DNA of 64,000 nt from a virus (IMGVR_UViG_3300033182_000709:2698-66697); one strand, 5' to 3'; positions 19,344 to 27,436 are shown, counted from the stretch's first letter. Made by a program: numbers and translations. The notes: generated from the sequence alone by a model not told the origin.

Positions 19344-20312
19344 ATGTCTCATGAAATCGAGTCTGTAAACGGTCGTGCTTCTATGGTTTTCGCTGGGGAA
19401 ACCCCTTGGCATGGTTTGGGTCATCGTCTTGAGGGCAACGAGTCCGCAAACGAGATCCGCGAATTGGCGGGTCTAGATTGGAATGTTGAGGTTGAACCGT
19501 TGTATCGTAAGATCGATGGGGAGTTCGTTGAGTTCCCATTGGCAAACGCCAGCGTCCGCGATATGGATAACTCAAATCTAGGTTGCGTCGGTCCACGTTG
19601 GACACCGTATCAAAACGAATCGATGTTTGAGTGCTTCCGGCCTATGGTCGAAAATGGTCTAATGAAGTGGCATACTGCCGGATCGCTTCGCAATGGTCAA
19701 CGTGTTTGGTGCTTGTGCGAATTGAATCTTGATAATTCGGAAATCACTCCGGGCGACGAAATTCGCAAGTTCGCTATGCTTTCCAACGGTCACGATGGCA
19801 AGCTTGCGGTTCACTTTGGTTTCACTCCGATTCGCGTTGTGTGTGCAAACACTGAAGCAATGGCAAGGGGTTCCAAAGCGTCAAAACTGATTCGCGTGCG
19901 TCACTCGCGTATGGTCGAGCAGAATGTTGAGCGGTTGCGTGACATCATGAATGTCGCCAATCAAGAGTTTGAAGCAACGTGCGATCAATATCGTTTCCTC
20001 GCTTCGCGTGACATCAACAAAGCGGATCTTGAGAAATATATCAAGGTTGTCTTTGACCTTCAGACCAAGAAAGACGATGACATCTCTACCCGTCAGAAAA
20101 ATATCAACTCTCGCATTGTCGAGTTGTTTGAGACTGGTCGCGGTTCTGATGTTGCCGGTTCGACTTGGTGGGGTGCTTACAATGCTATGACCGAATACGC
20201 GAATTGGGAAAAGGGACGAAACGAAGAAAACCGCATGGACTCTGTGTGGTTTGGGCAAAATGCCACGTTTGTCTCAAAGTCGCTAGATGCCGCTCTTGCG
20301 TTGTCTGCCTAA
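19344..20312 (+). CDS. DUF932 / TIGR03299-like phage-plasmid protein
   Basis: ETPWHGLG, GLDWNVE, TAGSLRNGQRVW, NGHDG...FTPIRVVCANT, TWWGAYNAMTEY. Confidence 0.85.
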   Translation: MSHEIESVNGRASMVFAGETPWHGLGHRLEGNESANEIRELAGLDWNVEVEPLYRKIDGEFVEFPLANASVRDMDNSNLGCVGPRWTPYQNESMFECFRPMVENGLMKWHTAGSLRNGQRVWCLCELNLDNSEITPGDEIRKFAMLSNGHDGKLAVHFGFTPIRVVCANTEAMARGSKASKLIRVRHSRMVEQNVERLRDIMNVANQEFEATCDQYRFLASRDINKADLEKYIKVVFDLQTKKDDDISTRQKNINSRIVELFETGRGSDVAGSTWWGAYNAMTEYANWEKGRNEENRMDSVWFGQNATFVSKSLDAALALSA

Positions 20313-20329
20313 CTTATCACTAACCTTTG

Positions 20330-20354
20330 CGGGGGACTTCGGTCCCCTTTTTTT
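20330..20354 (+). terminator. Rho-independent terminator
   Basis: GGGGGAC-TTCG-GTCCCC followed by a T run. Confidence 0.8.
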
Positions 20355-20375
20355 ATGCCGTGACACAAATCGTCG

Positions 20376-20453
20376 TAAGTCCTTATGTAGCAACAACTTA
20401 GGGCGACGGGGGCGGGGGCGGCTCACCCTAAGTCCTTATGTAGCAACGACTTA
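20376..20453. repeat. paired-palindrome element copy 11, with solo palindromes at 20503 and 20578
   Basis: TAAGT starts at 20376 and 20429. Confidence 0.9.
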
Positions 20454-20770
20454 CGTCAAATTCCTAAATTAAGTACTAAACAGGAAGTATTTAGAATAGC
20501 TGTAAGTCTAATAATAGTAAGGGTTTATGTCAAGTTATGTATTGACTATGCCGATGTATATACTATAATAGGTGATGTAAGTCCTTATGTGGTAAGGGTT
20601 TAGGTTAAATTACTCTTTTTTAAAACGGAGGTTCTATGATTCTAGGCTTGATGGTAATCTTTATAATCTTAGTAACTTACGGTGGTGTGTAAACTTAGGT
20701 AAGCTGGGCAGCTTTGGCTGTCTGGCTTTTTTTGTATCATCTATTCTAGATTCTTACCGTTCTTATAGTG

Positions 20771-21170
20771 TAGCACGCGAGTTTTTATAGTACTAAGTGA
20801 AAAACAGATAAAACAAAAATCCTAACAATACATAAGACATACTATATATAACTCCCATTGTTACTATTATATATAATAATACTTGCATATCATCTACTGG
20901 ATCTCTTCTGGGTAACTTCATGTATGTATTTCCTAATATAGATTTTTACGGTCCATAAATGATAGCACGCGAGTTTATATAAAATTATCTTTTGCCTGTT
21001 GTCTTAGTTCTTTAGGATAACACTTAAGAGATATAATTAGTACAAGTGAAGCAAGTAAATAAAATAATGAACCAATTAAAATTCTAAATGTTTTCCACAT
21101 TCTTGAAACTGACATATTTGTATCACCTTATATATCTTGATACGCCTAATAGAAGATAGCACGCGAGTTT
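20771..21170 (+). repeat. TAGCACGCGAGTTT motif x3 at about 193-bp period
   Basis: Copies at 20771, 20963, 21157; a further copy at 14927. Confidence 0.8.
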
Positions 21171-21247
21171 ATGCCGCTTATTGTCTTTTACTATAAATAT
21201 AAAGTGAAGCAAGTATTATAGCAAAAAAAATAAACGAACCATATAAC

Positions 21248-21370
21248 TCAATATAAAAATTCCCCATACCTGTCCTCCCCGCTTCCAGATCTAGACCAAG
21301 ACCTAGACCCGGACCCAGCCCAAGACTTAGACCTAGACCTAGACCAAGACCCAGACATCTTTCCTCTCAT
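21248..21370 (-). CDS. Ser-Arg/Trp/Gly repeat peptide 2 (40 aa), hexamer array
   Basis: Manual translation MRGKMSGSWSRSRSKSWAGSGSRSWSRSGSGEDRYGEFLY; TGATG coupling to upstream ORF. Confidence 0.4.
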   Translation of the reverse strand: MRGKMSGSWSRSRSKSWAGSGSRSWSRSGSGEDRYGEFLY

Positions 21371-21576
21371 CAACCACCCTCCCTGCTTCCAGATCTAGAC
21401 ATAGACCTAGACCTAGACCTAGACCAAGACCCAGACCTAGACCCAGACCAAGACCTAGACCCAGACCAAGACCAAGACCACGACCACGACCACGACCCAG
21501 ACCTAGACCTAGACCTAGACCTAGACCTAGACCTAGACCTAGATCCAGGCCAACACCAAGACACCTTTCCTCTCAT
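21370..21576 (-). CDS. Ser-Arg/Trp/Gly repeat peptide 1, hexamer array
   Basis: ORF track; DNA is (GGTC-NN)n on the minus strand. Confidence 0.45.
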   Translation of the reverse strand: MRGKVSWCWPGSRSRSRSRSRSRSRSGSWSWSWSWSWSGSRSWSGSRSGSWSRSRSRSMSRSGSREGG

Positions 21577-21830
21577 TATTTCATCACCCCATAGCTCTCA
21601 ATAGCCGATGTGCGAATGTGCCAATCGCTGGGTAATGGCTGTGCATCCTGAAATCCATCCTCAGCAAGCGGGCCAGTCTCGTAAATTATTTTGGCATCAG
21701 ACAGTTTAATGTCGCTGTCACTAACCCCGTCCAGCACTCCAGCGTAAATATAATTCATGCACCAGATTGCCACTCGCTCACCCAGCAAGCCGTCCAATCC
21801 GCCACCAGTCGTTTCCACAATAGTTTTCAT
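21576..21830 (-). CDS. small putative Sm/LSm-like beta-barrel protein
   Basis: LLGERVAIWCMNYIYAGVLDGV...TSAIESYG pattern; GGGGAG RBS; fold call is by resemblance only. Confidence 0.45.
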   Translation of the reverse strand: MKTIVETTGGGLDGLLGERVAIWCMNYIYAGVLDGVSDSDIKLSDAKIIYETGPLAEDGFQDAQPLPSDWHIRTSAIESYGVMK

Positions 21831-21994
21831 TTCAAATCTCCCTTTAGTATCCCATGTCCAAATAAAAATTCCCCATACCTACCCTCCCCTTGCGGGTACT
21901 CCTAAATAATGTATCGTTACCTTGTGGATGAGACAAGATTGAAGGGGTCATCCCCTGCCGAAACAGGCCGCACTTCTAGATACATGTAATTATA

Positions 21995-22201
21995 CTATGA
22001 ATCTGACTGATTATCATATACATTCTTGAGTGTTTCGTAAAATTCTCCAGCACTGGACTTGTGCTCATGTAATTCATCTACTGTTATAATTCCTTTTTCA
22101 ATTAAAATATTAGATATGGCCCATAACATAATAGTTAACTCTTTATCTTTATTAGTACTAAATACATTCAATGATATGTCTTTAAGTAATTCTTCTGACA
22201 T
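21995..22201 (-). CDS. hypothetical protein
   Basis: ORF track. Confidence 0.5.
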   Translation of the reverse strand: MSEELLKDISLNVFSTNKDKELTIMLWAISNILIEKGIITVDELHEHKSSAGEFYETLKNVYDNQSDS

Positions 22202-23383
22202 TTAAAATCCTGTTTAAAAAAGTATATACTTCGGGCCACGAAGTAAAAATATAATTTAGTATTATTTAGAATAGTCTTACTCACTCTTACTTACTACTAT
22301 ATCTGTATATCCCATATTACAATACGTTCTATACTGTTATCGGATTGAGTATGTGCCTTACAGTTATCTATTTAATAAGGAAAGTATACTATTACTACTG
22401 TTCGTAAGTACTATTATTATACCTGTGGCGAATGTTAATCAAGGAAATAAAATATAAAGAAAGTGTAAAATTGTCAAAATCTCAAGATTCTCATGGACTT
22501 TGTAGAAACTGATGGTATAATTACTTGAAGCAAGTTAGGATGACATAAACAAGCTGATTACTGTGTTTTAGGTCATTTTTTAGGTATTTTTACTACTAAG
22601 GGTTACTATTACCGCATTGGAGGTGTGTCCAGACGTTACTAAGTTAATAAAATACGCCCTTAAGTTATTCAAATATACACTATTTGAGTACTAAAATGTG
22701 GTGTAAAATGGGGAAAAGTGGGGTAAAATGTGCTAAAAACCCTCTTATTGGGGGGTGCCCACCTTAAATCTGATTAAAACAACTGTTTAAAACAACTGTT
22801 TGAAACACATGTTTAACTAGTATATATATATATGATTGTATTACTATTATTGTTATTTATGTTTTTGTTAATGTATGGATGTATGAATGAGTAGATTTTT
22901 GAAGAGTAGTTTATACTTTATCTTATGGGTAGTATTTATCGTTATTCCCTGTGTTTTTTGGGGTTTTTACTTCTATTATATGGTATCTTAGGGCGTGAAG
23001 AATGGACTTACATATTAAATTTATCTTGACACTTATTGCTTGTATGCTATCCTATTATATCGGGTATAAAGTTGGTATTTATATGACCTTTAAGAACTTT
23101 ATTGAACGGGCCTTAAAATCAAAAAAGAAGTAAATCAAATATCCTTATTTCAGACTTATATATCTAATTAGAAAGTAATTGAATGTTAATCAACTTGGTA
23201 ATCATTTATGTAATGGATTATAAAGGACTTTATACTGATGACAGAGACTGAACTAAAATATTATGAAATAAAAAGGTTCGTAATGAAGGTTATCAGGTTA
23301 TATAATAATGAAGAGAATGAATGGGAAAGAGGTTATAGTGCATGTGCAAAGGTTATTTTATCAAAAATGAATCCTAATAGTGA

Positions 23384-23719
23384 TTGGAAACATTGTGGAG
23401 AAAAGAAATGAGTTGGTTAGATTTAGTTACTGCTTATCTTGGTGCTATTGCATCTGGAGATGTTAGGGCAGTTAAACAGTTAGTATCAGAAGATGTTCAG
23501 TACAAAGATGAGATTATAGAACTCAATGGTATTGATGAGTTATTAACTATTGTTGGACCTGACTATAGGATGCAAATACAAAATTGGGCATATAAAAATA
23601 AACTAGTATTTGTAGAATATACTTACTGGGACTATACAGGCGATTATTCAAAAGATATGGTTGGTGTATATAATATTAACCCCATGGGAAAGATTTCACA
23701 AATTAGGATGTATTCATGA
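23384..23719 (+). CDS. SnoaL/NTF2-like protein
   Basis: YLGAIASGDVRAVKQLVSEDVQYKD pattern. Confidence 0.55.
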   Translation: METLWRKEMSWLDLVTAYLGAIASGDVRAVKQLVSEDVQYKDEIIELNGIDELLTIVGPDYRMQIQNWAYKNKLVFVEYTYWDYTGDYSKDMVGVYNINPMGKISQIRMYS

Positions 23720-23967
23720 AGATTCCAAATGTAGAAGATAAACACATGGATAGGGCATTGGAGTTTGTATTAAAACTTCCTGATAATGATTCTTTAAAAA
23801 AACTAATACAAAAAGAAAACCCCGGAATGTATGAAGTACTAAAAGGACAACTAAAAGTATTAGCATACAATGGAGAATCAGAAGAATACATTCAAACGTA
23901 TCTTACTGGATTTTATAGTTGTTTCTTTATGGTTAGGGAAGCAATGAAAGATGAAAATTTGAATTAA
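23716..23967 (+). CDS. hypothetical protein
   Basis: ATGA overlap with upstream ORF. Confidence 0.5.
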   Translation: MKIPNVEDKHMDRALEFVLKLPDNDSLKKLIQKENPGMYEVLKGQLKVLAYNGESEEYIQTYLTGFYSCFFMVREAMKDENLN

Positions 23968-24095
23968 ATGTATTTTAATATATTGGTATATAGTATTTTT
24001 AATTTAGTTGCCATGACCGCTTATTTCAAGAATTTTTGGCATAAGAATGCCGAAGCACAAGATATCATGGTATACTTAATTATACATATTTTGAT

Positions 24096-24284
24096 GTGTC
24101 TTATTTTTATAAAGGTGTTTGGAATATGAAAGGTTCGGTTGAGTCGATTAAAGATAGGATTTATGAATTGAGTTTAAGGATTGATAAGGAAACTTATAAT
24201 CCAAATGGATCAAGGAGTGAGATCAAAAAACTTATTAAACAAAAATCTAAACTGGAGAAACAACTAGAAAAGATTAATCGTTAA
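24096..24284 (+). CDS. small coiled-coil protein
   Basis: ORF track. Confidence 0.4.
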   Translation: MSYFYKGVWNMKGSVESIKDRIYELSLRIDKETYNPNGSRSEIKKLIKQKSKLEKQLEKINR

Positions 24285-24501
24285 TTTTTTTTGGAGTTTC
24301 AAAATGTTAAAGTATCTTCATAGTTGTGATTATGAGGAATTGATTGCAAGGGTATCTTTTTGTGTCTTTATTGGTTTTTGTTTTTATCTATTAGTAAATA
24401 GAGCAGTTTTTTCAGTAGTAATGAAATACTTTAATGATGGGGTCTATTTTTAGTGTATAAATAGTTGTAACTATTCTTTGTTCAACTATGGAGGTATGAA
24501 A

Positions 24502-24651
24502 ATGCCCAGAAAACCACTTTTTAATGGTCCTATCATGACTTTTGTTAGAAAGCACAGGATTATCAGAAGAGTCGCTTTGGTAGGTGGTATCGTAGTTGGA
24601 GTTTACTTTGCCGGAGTAGCAATGGGATGGTGGCCTAATATTTTAGGATGA
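24502..24651 (+). CDS. small membrane protein (49 aa)
   Basis: Manual translation; GGAGG RBS; single TM segment; GTGTATAA motif upstream, hairpin-T run downstream. Confidence 0.55.
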   Translation: MPRKPLFNGPIMTFVRKHRIIRRVALVGGIVVGVYFAGVAMGWWPNILG

Positions 24652-24784
24652 AATATAAAAGGTCTTATGACCTAGCTTTGTGGCACTAGGGGTGGGCCTT
24701 GTATCTTTCAAGTAACCCACCTTTTTTTGGATTTCTATCAAGTAGTCTGTTGACAATACCGATATCTATTGTAGAATCAAAGCG

Positions 24785-25000
24785 TTGTCACTAACTTACT
24801 TTCTGGAGAATGGAATGAGTAAAAAAATGACTATTGCTTACTTTAAAGAAGCAATCAAACAAGATGGTAATGTACACTATGGAATTAATGCATTACTCTA
24901 TGTTTTACGACAAATTGAATATGCACATACAGATGGTCAAATAACTGATAAACAAAAGGATAAACTTTGGCATTGGGCTTATGATAAATATGCAGAATAG
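24785..25000 (+). CDS. hypothetical protein
   Basis: GGAGA RBS; N16 promoter at about 24751. Confidence 0.55.
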   Translation: MSLTYFLENGMSKKMTIAYFKEAIKQDGNVHYGINALLYVLRQIEYAHTDGQITDKQKDKLWHWAYDKYAE

Positions 25001-25081
25001 TTTCAAGAATCCACTTGACACTGACGATACCTATAGTATAATTGAAGCATAACCTGTTACTTACTTTACGGAGTTTTTACG

Positions 25082-25279
25082 ATGGCACTCTTTGATGACT
25101 TGAAAAATGCGGCACAGGAAATGTTTGACTGCGAGCAGAAAGAAGATCAAAAGATTGGTAATGTTCAGATACCATACAAGATCTGGATTAATTTTAAGAA
25201 AGAGTTTGAGATTAACTTTGTTGAGCCAGAAGATGATCAGGATTGGCAAGATTACAAGGGGGATATTCATGCGACATGA
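25082..25279 (+). CDS. hypothetical protein
   Basis: GGAG RBS; N16 promoter at about 25015. Confidence 0.6.
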   Translation: MALFDDLKNAAQEMFDCEQKEDQKIGNVQIPYKIWINFKKEFEINFVEPEDDQDWQDYKGDIHAT

Positions 25280-25908
25280 TTGATGATGAAATTGCTTTTG
25301 TTAGTATTTGTCTTGTATTGTTTGTATCTACTTTATTAATCGCTTTTAGTTTTAGGAAAAAGAAAATGGGAACTGATATCTATTCTGGTAAAGGTGTTAT
25401 TGCTGATATTGATGATATTGTTCGTTTCGTAAATGGTAAGAATAAAAGGATAGTTATTAAAACCTGCCAAGAATGGTATAATGGAGTTCTTGATGAATAT
25501 AAAGAGAATCCAGATGAATGGAGAAAACAGGTTGTAGATGATTTTGATGGGATTTATAACATCTCTACTAAAGCAACTATTGCTGAGGTTCGTAGAGCAT
25601 TACAATCAGTTGTTAAAGTTGAAGGTGAAGTTGCAAAGTATGGTGACTGCTATGTGGAACACTCTGATTACTTGATGGATTTATTTAGTACACTATTTGA
25701 AGTATGTGGTTTAGATGTGCCATACTTAGAGAATGTTACTGCTTTTGGTAGTGCTAGGTATAATGGTTGGGATGTACCTCTTGGAGTTGCTTGTTTTATC
25801 TTTTCCTCTGACGAATGTTTTGTAAGGACTTTATCAGAAAAGGGCGAGAGCCTACAGAAAATGATTGGTCATTGTCATGAAACTGAGTGGACTGAAATGA
25901 GTTATTAA
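25243..25908 (+). CDS. hypothetical protein
   Basis: ORF track; start uncertain. Confidence 0.6.
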   Translation: MARLQGGYSCDMIDDEIAFVSICLVLFVSTLLIAFSFRKKKMGTDIYSGKGVIADIDDIVRFVNGKNKRIVIKTCQEWYNGVLDEYKENPDEWRKQVVDDFDGIYNISTKATIAEVRRALQSVVKVEGEVAKYGDCYVEHSDYLMDLFSTLFEVCGLDVPYLENVTAFGSARYNGWDVPLGVACFIFSSDECFVRTLSEKGESLQKMIGHCHETEWTEMSY

Positions 25909-25917
25909 TTATACAGA

Positions 25918-25970
25918 TTGGGATTCAGCCGATAATTTAGGCATGATCTAAATTCACGTCGTAATCCCAA
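25918..25970 (+). ncRNA. 53-nt stem-loop unit A (candidate guide RNA)
   Basis: TTGGGATT-C-AGCCGAT-AATTTAG-GCATGAT-CTAAATT-C-ACGTCGT-AATCCCAA. Confidence 0.65.
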
Positions 25971-25975
25971 CTTAT

Positions 25976-26046
25976 AGGACAGAGAATCGGTTATTCAAGT
26001 AATTCTTATAAAGTTGCCTCCGCAGGTTCAACTCCTGCCTGTCCTA
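25976..26046 (+). tRNA. tRNA-Ile(TAT), atypical short D-arm
   Basis: AGGACAG/CTGTCCT acceptor stem, GCAGG-TTCAACT-CCTGC T-arm, CT-TAT-AA anticodon loop. Confidence 0.6.
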
Positions 26047-26081
26047 CTTTTTGTTTCTTTTTACTTTTTTGGAGTATAATT

Positions 26082-26285
26082 ATGAAGACGTTTCTAGCAG
26101 GTGCATTAGGATTTTTTCTTTCTCAAACTTTATGTCTCACTACATATATAGTATGGGAAGAGTTTAGACCTCAAAAACCTATGCAGTTCAATCTTATGTT
26201 GGTTCCACCCGGAACACAGGTTGATCCTAATAAGTTTAGTAGTGAAGAAATTTATAAAGTAGAAGAATATAAAAGTGTAAGTTAG
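26082..26285 (+). CDS. small membrane/secreted protein
   Basis: GGAG RBS, hydrophobic N-terminus. Confidence 0.5.
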   Translation: MKTFLAGALGFFLSQTLCLTTYIVWEEFRPQKPMQFNLMLVPPGTQVDPNKFSSEEIYKVEEYKSVS

Positions 26286-26292
26286 TTTTATT

Positions 26293-26363
26293 GGCACTAT
26301 AGTTAAATGGTATAACTATTGATTTGTAATCAATGATTTTCAGTTCGATTCTGAATGGTGCCT
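26293..26363 (+). tRNA. tRNA-Thr(TGT)
   Basis: Canonical cloverleaf, TT-TGT-AA loop, TTCGATT T-loop. Confidence 0.9.
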
Positions 26364-26368
26364 CTTAC

Positions 26369-26442
26369 GGTTGCGTAGCTCAGTGGATCAGAGCAAGCGG
26401 TTTCTACCCGCTAGGTCGGGGGTTCAAATCCCTCCGCAACTA
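26369..26442 (+). tRNA. tRNA-Arg(TCT)
   Basis: Canonical cloverleaf, TT-TCT-AC loop. Confidence 0.9.
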
Positions 26443-26444
26443 CT

Positions 26445-26520
26445 TCCCTCTATGGGAATAAACATGTAGATGTTATTATTGAAATTATTCTGGACGGGGC
26501 TTCGATGCCCCCACCTCCAC
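26445..26520 (+). ncRNA. ssrA: two-piece tmRNA, acceptor piece
   Basis: GACGGGGCTTCGATGCCCC-CACCTCC-A 3' tRNA-like end; ACATG and GTTATTAT pair with the downstream coding piece; 5' boundary approximate. Confidence 0.75.
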
Positions 26521-26587
26521 TTTTTTTCGACCATCTCCACTATTTTTGGTATATAATAAGATATACTATTAAATAAAGGGGGTTGGA

Positions 26588-27145
26588 ATGTCAAAGATAA
26601 CTTTAACATGTGATACTTGTAACAAAGAATTTGAAAAAGAGAGGAACGAATATAACAGAAGAATAAGGTTGGGTAAGAATAAGTTTTACTGTGGGTTGTC
26701 TTGTGCTGGTAAAAGTCCTGACAATACCAAACACATTAATGATGTTAGGTCTAATTTTCCAGTTTGGAAACTTTCCAATCCAAAAAAGCATGACCAATAC
26801 AGTATATTTCGTCCAACCTTAAAAGCTATCAGACAAAGAGTCAAAGATAAACCAAAAGATTTTGACCTTACGGCTGAATATCTCAAAGAAATTTGGGATG
26901 AGCAAGACGGTAAATGTCCTTTCACTGGTTTTGACCTTGAGTTAAGAACATACTCTTCAAGACGCAACTTTAGAGATAAAACACTTCATATCAAGAGTGC
27001 AAGTCTTGACAGAATAGACAACACAAAAGGGTATGTTCAAGGTAATGTTAGATGGGTTTCTGTTATGTTTAATTTTGCTCGCAATACTTTTTCAGATGAA
27101 GATGTTGTTGAGTTTGCACAGGCCATTGTAGAAAATCGGGGGTGA
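26588..27145 (+). CDS. Zn-finger plus His-Me (HNH-like) putative homing endonuclease
   Basis: CDTC...YCGLSC N-terminus; CPFTG...SLDRIDNTKGYVQGNVRWV..FN C-terminus. Confidence 0.75.
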   Translation: MSKITLTCDTCNKEFEKERNEYNRRIRLGKNKFYCGLSCAGKSPDNTKHINDVRSNFPVWKLSNPKKHDQYSIFRPTLKAIRQRVKDKPKDFDLTAEYLKEIWDEQDGKCPFTGFDLELRTYSSRRNFRDKTLHIKSASLDRIDNTKGYVQGNVRWVSVMFNFARNTFSDEDVVEFAQAIVENRG

Positions 27146-27300
27146 ATTGGTTTCGACAGGTAATAAGATATAATAACTGCATGTGGTAGTTGGTCCAAGG
27201 CTACCTTAAAATGGACTAAACTTTATTTGCAGAGGAAACTCTTGCACTTGCAGCGTAAGCTGTCTGGGGCGGTCTGAGCCTTATTACCCAATCAGACCAG
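27138..27300 (+). ncRNA. ssrA: two-piece tmRNA, coding piece (tag AEETLALAA)
   Basis: GGGGGTGAATTGGTTTCGAC 5' end; pseudoknot GGTAG/CTACC with GTCCA/TGGAC; tag frame 27229-27258 ending TAA; 3' boundary approximate. Confidence 0.8.
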
Positions 27301-27341
27301 TTTTTATGCCCAACCGTTTTCTGTAAAAAAACGGGGATTAT

Positions 27342-27413
27342 TCCGAAGTAGCTCAATGGTAGAGCGGGTGGCTGTTAACCACTAGGTTACTGGTTCAAGT
27401 CCAGTCTTCGGAG
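27342..27413 (+). tRNA. tRNA-Asn(GTT)
   Basis: Canonical cloverleaf, CT-GTT-AA loop. Confidence 0.92.
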
Positions 27414-27436
27414 CTTTACTTTTATAGGAGTTTATT

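Noticed and set aside
10840-20453. CRISPR array interpretation of the 11 repeats
   Set aside because: The intervals are about 0.3-1.7 kb, contain promoters and genes and vary in length; no cas genes are visible.
21909-21985. Hammerhead or HDV-like ribozyme
   Set aside because: The conserved cores (CUGANGA with GAAA, or nested HDV pseudoknots) could not be assembled on either strand.
26521-27137. Group I intron interrupting a standard tmRNA
   Set aside because: The order of the tmRNA ends is reversed (3' end first), which splicing cannot fix; no P7 core was recognised.
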